This document shows, one piece after another, positions 14,601-23,600 of a stretch of DNA of 64,000 nucleotides. Source of the DNA: Haliotis cracherodii (lineage: Eukaryota); contig NW_027266286.1 in assembly GCF_022045235.1 (NCBI RefSeq), positions 75,392,001-75,456,000 of the forward strand, given 5' to 3'. Within the stretch, counting starts at the first letter, position 1, and each line of letters starts with the position of its first letter. The position numbers were made by a program, and so were the translations under genes. Under the pieces are notes generated by a model, which was given only the letters and a program-made list of their open reading frames with translations, was not told the DNA's origin and did not search any database.

Positions 14601-17600
14601 CCCCATTGTAAGACCACACCCTGTGTCTGAAGTAGAAACAAGCCTGTATATACCTGATTTGACCCCCATTATATGACTACACCCTGTGTCTGAAGTAGAA
14701 ACAAGCCTGTATATACCTGGTGTGACCCCCATTGTACGACCACACCCTGTGTCTGAAGTAGAAACAAGCCTGTATATACCTGATGTGACACCCATTGTAC
14801 GACCACACCCTGTGTCTGAAGTAGAAACAAGCCTGTATATATCTGATGTGATTACCATTGAATGACTACACCCTGTGTCTGAAGTAGAAACAAGCCTGTA
14901 TATACCTGATGTGACCCCCATTGTAAGACCACACCCTGTGTCTGAAGTAGAAACAAGCCTGTATATATCTGACGTGACCCCCATTGTACGACCACACCCT
15001 GTGTCTGAAGTAGAAACAAGCCTGTATATACCTGATGTGACCCCCATTGTACGACCACACCCTGTGTCTGAAGTAGAAACAAGCCTGTATATACCTGATG
15101 TGACCCCCATTGTTCGACCACACTCTGTGTCTGAAGTAGAAACAAGCCTGTATATACCTGATGTAACGAGATACACCCATACACTGTAGTGGTTTTTAGA
15201 ATTTAACACAGACGAGACTTCAAAACATGATTAGAAATGTATCTAAATCCTAAACGGAATACACATTTAGCTCTACACACATGAAATAAGCTATCGCATG
15301 ACAGCCTAAACACCTCCTAAACACAACATTCCCATAATGTAAACATGTTCAGAAATTAACACCTTAAAACATGTTTGGAATTTAAACTTGTTTAAAGTTA
15401 AAATATATTTAGAGTTTAAAAATGTTTACAATTTGAACATGTTTCAATAAAGTTCACATTATTAAGCAAAAAGTTAAAATCAAATATAGATACGATGTGC
15501 AAATCTGCTTCACAGGCACTTGCCTAACACATATACAGCGTACAGCGACCTGACACCTGTGACGACATGTCTCCGTGGCACAGGTGGTAGCGTAAAGGAC
15601 CACACATCAAGAGGTTGCGGGTTCGTATCCCACCCAGGATATGTGTTCATAAATGTGTTGTTGCTTATGACTAATAATGCATCTCTCATACAGCAAGCTG
15701 ACAATGAAAGTATATCTCATTACTACTATAGACTTTTAACGTATATGTTAGCACCACAAATTAATAAAATAGCGGTGAACACGCCCCCCTCGTCCACACA
15801 CACACAAACACACACAGACACGTTTTTGTTTCCCTTTTAAACGCAAATCAAAATATATACAGCACCCCTTTTTAAATTACCTACAGTGAATGTCAAGTGG
15901 TGTATATGTTACAGTCAATGCATATAATCAGTCAATATGTATATTGACAGAACACTTCAGTCAATATGTATATTGACAGAACACTTCAGTCATTATGTAT
16001 ATTGACAGAACACTTCAGTCAATATGTATATTGACAGAACACTTCAGTCAATATGTATATTGACAGAACACTCCAGTCAATATGTATATTGACTGATTCA
16101 CTCGGGCAATGTACGTATTGACTGAAAAATGAGACTGGATTTTAGACAGATTGACTGAAATAAATTACACAGTCACTCCTTAATATGATCTCAACATTTT
16201 AACTCGGATCTACTTTAAACTTACGAAGATCAAAGTAACTTCTGTAAGTAATTAAAAATGTTTTCACAATGAATTGTTTGGTTGTTCAGACATGGATAAT
16301 CCAGTCCTCTTTTACGTCACTTATCTTGATTCGTTTACACTTCTGATTTGAGAAGTAGAAGAGATTTGTACAGTTCTACAACCTCGCGGGTGATATTAGC
16401 ATATTCAGACTTCTACTCGGAGTTGATCTTCTCACAATATTGAATGACAAACTAATTCTGCCAGTGTATAGCTTGAATATAGCTGAGTACGGCGTTAAAC
16501 AAACAAACAAACAAACAAACAAACATATCCTGCAGCTAAATGAGTCTGAGGGAAAGTGTGAGATAAGAAGGACGTGGATAACCTGGCAATCCTGGTACAA
16601 GCAGGGACTGTAACGGTTTATCTGTTCAGTGAGCCTCCTACCTTCAACGTAGATTTCTATTTCCGTCACGTGCAGGCTGTTCAGTGTTCCTTGGTTCACC
16701 TCCGGATCCCAGTGCACGAAGTCCTGCACTGTGACGTAACGAGCTCTGATTGGCTGATCACATTCGAATGCAAAGACAGAAGTTTTATGTGTGCTGTGGG
16801 GTCCACCGCAAACATGGGCACCAAAGGTAAAGAAATCCCACTGTCGCCTGCTGAGCCACGTGACCGCATCCCAGAAGGCGTATGGTGTTGCCACTATGTG
16901 AGAGCAACAAAGAGTCTTAGTCAAAGTTGTTGCCAAGGAAACTGGAAAAATACTTTTTTTAAAATTCATAACTATCAAAAGGCACCAGTTCACAACTAGA
17001 CCTATGTATGTGCCAAGTTTGGTTAAGACATCTGTCACGTGTTTTGAGTTTTGCTCTGGAAACGAAACGTGGCGGAAGGAGGGACAACGGACAGCACCCA
17101 CTCCTACATGCCCCTTCAGCTTCGTGGCTGGGGGTAATAAACAGACATGAGTCATGTTCAGAGATCACCAATGGGTTGGAATCGGCCCCAGTATTGCAAA
17201 ACTAGATGCTTGTCGCATGAGGCAGCGGGCAGATTCAGGGAAGGGAGGTCACTCTCAGTTTATTGCACGGAACTTGACATTTAGTTATGTACATGAAGTA
17301 CAGTCAGACAATTACTCAAATAATAGCCTCAGCTTGAGACCGTAGCGCTGGGTCATCATCATGATGAAACACATTCACTCACGAGGGGCAGATAATCCGG
17401 AACTCACTGACATTTTAAGAAGGAAAACGTTAGAAATGTTAGGAAAGGGGCACGTTGCAAGCCACGAATCGCTTAGATAAAGCAAAGTAGTTGCTCAGCC
17501 CGGGGTCTGCAACAGCTCGAAGCGCTTACGCACTCTTCCAAAATTAAGAACGTAATAGAAGAGGCTCGATGACCAGCCGATAGATTTGTGACTACTTTGT

Positions 17601-20600
17601 AGATGTGGAGCAGACCGAGGATGGTGCGATGTTAACTGCCTTTGCTAATTTCCCAGTTGATCCAGTCAAGAATTTCTTGTTCCACTGTCAAACGCAGCCG
17701 CCATTTTGGTTTGAGAACGAAGCGACCTCAGCCACCGATTGTCGCGCTTGCAAGCGGCTGAAAATAAGCGCACCGTTTTAAGGCGAATCGCTGTGCATCG
17801 CTTGCAAGCGATTGGTGCTTTGCAACGCACCCAAGATTAACTCCACTGAAGGCGTTCAGATAACGTCGTGTTGAACGTCATATTGAATTTTCTCAACAAT
17901 AAAGCACTGCGACGTCATATGGGTTTAATTGAAAAATCAGCAATGATAATCGCTTAAATGCAAATGTGAACATATCGGGAAGTTATCACAATCACTCTAC
18001 CCAGAAGGGTAGTTTAAGGTGTTATCTTTGCTGGTGTGCAGGAACTGAAAATAGCAAACAAAGAGAAAACAGTTTATCATCCAAAACTGGCTCCCACAGG
18101 AGATATAGCTTGGGTGAAATTGCATGACAATGCATTGTGACATCATTGGTTACCATGACGTCACAATCAAATGACATCACTAATGGATCTGCTACTGAAG
18201 CTGTAAGCAGGACATTTTACGCTTAAGACACTGCTTATTACTGTCTACAAGCTAAAAAAGTTGGAAGAATGATGTTGGATGATAAATAAAATCTCACCCT
18301 CGTGTCTTTTGATACCAAATATATCAACACTCATTGATATATTTGATATACAAAGCCACTCGGTGAGATTATCTATATATTCTCACCGTTTGTAAGGTAT
18401 ACAATGACTTTGTGAACGATGACGTCACGCATGACGTCGACTTGTATCCAAGGTTCCACCAGAGGTCTCCGGCTAATGAAGGCAGCGTTAGCTGGAACAG
18501 TAATATGTGTACGTGTCGTTCTACTGTCGTCAGTAGCAAGCAAATAGTGTGTACAGTATACATCAAGCGCGTTTCATTGCAGTGACAGAACAAATCTTTC
18601 AGCACCATTGCTTTTCCACATGTTTTGCGATAGTTACTTGTTAAACCGTCAACGACAGATCTCCTGTCCGATCCCTCCGCCTCGTCGCAGGAATACAGCG
18701 GATAGCCCAGTGACGTCATTTTGTGCACGCGGGCAGATAACTCGGCTGAAACAAGTAAAAACAGACAATGTAGGCAATGTAACAAAGGTTTGAGATCGAC
18801 ACGACAGACACAGTGCAACTTCAAACGTCGCAGAGCACAACGTCATCAACGACAGACAGGAAGAGGAGAAGGTGTGACGTACGACAGCCAGGAAGTGGAG
18901 AAGGTGTGACGTACGACAGACAGGAAGAGGCGAAGGTGTGACGTACGACAGACAGGAAGAGGAGAAGGTGTGACGTACGACAGACAGGAAGTGGCGAAGG
19001 TGTGACGTACGACAGACAGGAAGAGGCGAAGGTGTGACGTACGACAGACAGGAAGTGGAGAAGGTGTGACGTACGACAGACAGGAAGTGGAGAAGGTGTG
19101 ACGTACGACAGACAGGAAGAGGCGAAGGTGTGACGTACGACAGACAGGAAGTGGAGAAGGTGTGACGTACGACAGACAGGAAGTGCAGAAGGTGTGACGT
19201 ACGACAGACAGGAAGATGCGAAGGTGTGACGTACGACAGACAGGAAGAGGAGAAGATGTGACGTACGACAGACAGGAAGTGGCGAAGGTGTGACGTACGA
19301 CAGACAGGAAGAGGAGAATGTGTGACGTACGACAGACAGGAAGAGGAGAAGGTGTGACGTACGACAGACAGGAAGAGGAGAATGTGTGACGTACGACAGA
19401 CAGGAAGTGGAGAAGGTGTGACGTACGACAGACAGGAAGAGGAGAAGGTGTGACGTACGACAGACAGGAAGAGGAGAAGGTGTGACGTACGACAGACAGG
19501 AAGAGGAGAATGTGTGACGTACGACAGACAGGAAGAGGAGAAGGTGTGACGTACGACAGACAGGAAGAGGAGAATGTGTGACGTACGACAGACAGGAAGA
19601 GGAGAAGGTGTGACGTACGACAGACAGGAAGAGGAGAAGGTGTGACGTACGACAGACAGGAAGAGGAGAATGTGTGACGTACGACAGACAGGAAGAGGAG
19701 AAGGTGTGACGTACGACAGACAGGAAGAGGAGAAGGCGTGACGTACGACAGACAGGAAGAGGAGAAGGTGTGACGTACGACAGACAGGAAGAGGAGAATG
19801 TGTGACGTACGACAGACAGGAAGAGGAGAAGGCGTGACGTACGACAGACAGGAAGAGGAGAAGGTGTGACGTACGACAGACAGGAAGAGGCGAAGGTGTG
19901 ACGTACGACAGACAGGAAGAGGAGAAGGTGTGACGTACGACAGACAGGAAGTGGAGAAGGTGTGACGTACGACAGACAGGAAGTGGCGAAGGTGTGACGT
20001 ACGACAGACAGGAAGAGGAGAAGGTGTGACGTACGACAGACAGGAAGTGGAGAAGGTGTGACGTACGACAGACAGGAAGAGGAGAAGGTGTGACGTACGA
20101 CAGACAGGAAGAGGAGAAGATGTGACGTACGACAGACAGGAAGTGGCGAAGGTGTGACGTACGACAGACAGGAAGAGGAGAAGGTGTGACGTACGACAGA
20201 CAGGAAGTGGAGAAGGTGTGACGTACGACAGACAGGAAGAGGCGAAGGTGTGACGTACGACAGACAGGAAGAGGAGAAGATGTGACGTACGACAGACAGG
20301 AAGTGGCGAAGGTGTGACGTACGACAGACAGGAAGAGGAGAAGGTGTGACGTACGACAGACAGGAACAGGACACAGTTGAAGGCCTTCCACAGATTCATA
20401 CTGCACGCAGACAGGCCCCCCGGGAGCGTCTTCCAGCGCCCGACAGTAGCGCGCCTCAAGCAAGGAGGGGGCCACGTCTCCACCGAGAGCGTTCCACTCC
20501 TTCGTCCTCGTCCATTCGTTGCAATGCCCGCCGTCAGATAATGTTTCATGACGTCCCCGGTAGGATGCGCCCTTGTCCTGTCTATCCCAGCATTCTCTCC

Positions 20601-23600
20601 GGGCTAATAAATGCAGAAACACGGATTAAAAGAGAATATAACAAATGCTTGTATTTTAGTAATACTCCACGAACGATGTTTTACGTGTTATGTCGACCGC
20701 ACCTGCACAGAATGTACAACACAATGTAATATGCGTACCATACGGCACATAGTGGCACAGCCCGAGGTTGAGGTCCGGGGTACCCGGTAGAAAGGTGAAC
20801 GTGTGGGAGTTGAGAATCATACCCTTCAGGGATGGGCAGGCCGTAAACGAAGTTCTCTGGGGGTGAAAAGCATATTTTAGTTACATAATAATTTCCTTGT
20901 TGAGAAAAAAGTGCCTGGGGCAAAAAACATGGTAAAAAAATTCTGGTCAAGGTTGCTGTATTTGTTTTTTTTTCCAGAACATATTGTACATCTGGATGAC
21001 ATGCGCACGCACTTATATACACTTCCCTCACCTCCCTATTCTTGTATGTACAGTGTTATGACGTCACCCAGCCTATGATGACGCAGAAAATATGACGTCA
21101 CAGTCCGCTTTAATAAGGTGGTTACGATGTCCGACATGGGCCCCGTTCCACAAAACGATCGTAGCGTTAGACGATCATAATTCCCATACTTTAATATAGA
21201 CTTAGTCAGTCTTAGAGTTAAGATCGCTTTGTGGAACGGGGCGATATTGCCTCATCATACCACGACCGCCTGCATCGTTCTTCAAGTTGATTTCCAATCG
21301 TGTGGCTGGTCCAGGTTTCGTGACTTAACATGCTGCCTTGACAAGGCTGGAATATTGCTGATTGCGGCGTTACAGAACATGCACTCACACACATAGATCA
21401 TTAACCATGTTTAAGCAGGGCAAAGCAGATCTAGACATTGGTGTTCGTAATGCGGGCACACCTGGAGTAACACGAACGCCGACGATGTTGGAAGGTGGAA
21501 GGCTTTGCTCGGGTCTTCGTCGTCCCTGCAGCATAGACCCAGACTAAAGGACAACGTATCTGCTGAAAAGTCGACAAGGATGGCGGCGTCTCTGTCTGTT
21601 GTCGTCACAGCGTAGTTTTCAAGTGTCATGGCGTCGTAGCGGAAATCTGTGGAGGGCGAAGGCTGGGCTGAGAGTTTTGCTGAGAGTGCCCAGGAAAGTG
21701 CTTGGTATGAGAAACATGAAGTAGTTGCCATAGGTACTGATAAGAGACTCGCTTCCGGGTTTCACATCGGACAATACATTGTAGCTGTTTCAAATCGAAC
21801 AATACATTGTAGCTGTTTCACATCGGACATTACATTGTACCTGTTTCACATCGGACATTACATTATAGCTGTTTCACATCGGACAATACATTGTACCTGT
21901 TTCACATCGGACATTACATTGTACCTGTTTCACATCGGACAATACATTGTACCTGTTTCACATCGGACATTACATTGTAGCTGTTACACATCGGACTATA
22001 CATTGTACCTGGTATATCAGATTATTCATTGTACCTGTTTCACATCGGACAATACATTGTACCTGTTTCACACCGGACAATACATTGTAGCTGTTTCACA
22101 TCGGACTATACATTGTACCTGTTTCACATCGGACTATACATTGTACCTGTTTCACATCGGACAGTACAATGTACCTGTTTCACATCGGACAATACATTAT
22201 ACCTGGTATATCGGACTATACATTGTACCTGTTTCACATCAGACAATACAATGTACCTGTTTCACATCGGACTATACATTGTAGCTGTTTCAAATCGGAC
22301 TATACATTGTACCTGTTTCACATCGGACTATACATTGTAGCTGTTTCACATCGGACAATACAGTGTACCTGTTTCACATCCGACAATACATTGTACCTGG
22401 TATATCGGACTATACATTGTACCTGTTTCACATCGGACAATACAATGTACCTGTTTCACATCGGACAATACATTGTAGCTGTTTCACATCGGACAATACA
22501 ATGTACCTGTTTCACATTGGACATTACATTGTACCTGTTTCACATCGGACATTACATTGTTCCTATTTCACATCGGACATTACATTGTACCTGTTTCACG
22601 TCGGACATTACATTATAGCTGTTTCACATCGGACTATACATTGTACCTGTTTCACATCGGACTATGCATTGTACCTGGTATATCGGACAATACATTGTAC
22701 TTGGTATATCGGACTAACCATTGCACCTGGTATATCGGAGTATACGTTGTACCTGGTATATCGGACTATACATTGTACCTGGTATATCGGACTATACATT
22801 GTACCTGGTATATGGGACTATACATTGTACCTGGTATATCGGTCAGACAGTTCACGTGGTTATTAATGTATCTTATGGGAGACACAGAAATCATAGCCCA
22901 GTTTGTCGTTTGTAATGATATCGAAATTCACATGGGCATACACGCCCGCATATATGATTACGGCCATACGGAAATATTCATAAGTCTAAACACATTGTTT
23001 GATCAAATCTGAACTGTTGCGTATTAATACTTGATATTATTTTGATAATCGTTGTTAGCATGCTAAAATATTGATATGTTGCAGTGATAGAGATTGTTGT
23101 ACGTTTGTTGGTCAGTGACAGCAAATAATTGAGTGATGTTGAATGATAACGAAATGTCAGTGGAATTTAGAATTACCTCCTCTGTTGTTTATCAACAAAA
23201 CAGGTTTGATCGTTGGGGAAGTTTCAGGATGGGACAGTTTCGATGAGGCTGAGTTTAGCAGACCGAGACGGGGAGAGTGGGGGTCTATGTCGGCCTGACT
23301 TGTCGAATCCCGGTTCGCGCCCATTATGTTTCTAGGTTTGTCAGCACCATGCCCGTGCTCCTGGTTTTCACCAAATTGGTAAACGTCTGAGACCTGCATC
23401 ACTTCGGGCTTTCCTCCGACATGAAACCGACACGCCGTGATGTGACGGGAATACTGCTAAAAGCGGCGTTAAAACCAACTCACTCACTCACATACTCGTT
23501 TTAGTACAAAACAGAAGAAGGCATGAACACCTAAAATACCTAAAAAAACTCTTTATTCAACTGCATAATCAGCCTTTGCCTCTCTGTGCTGGACATTAAC

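Noticed and set aside
15570-15645. tRNA-like sequences (also 28440-28510, 290-390, 57660-57760)
   Set aside because: A/B boxes present but no clean cloverleaf; they are SINE heads or decayed copies.
14085-22842. Regular arrays as possible CRISPR loci
   Set aside because: No unique spacers, no cas genes, eukaryotic intron context.
21760-22842. 28-bp array as another splice-junction repeat
   Set aside because: It ends ~110 nt before the exon-4 acceptor and contains no exon-derived sequence, although many units include CAG|gtac.
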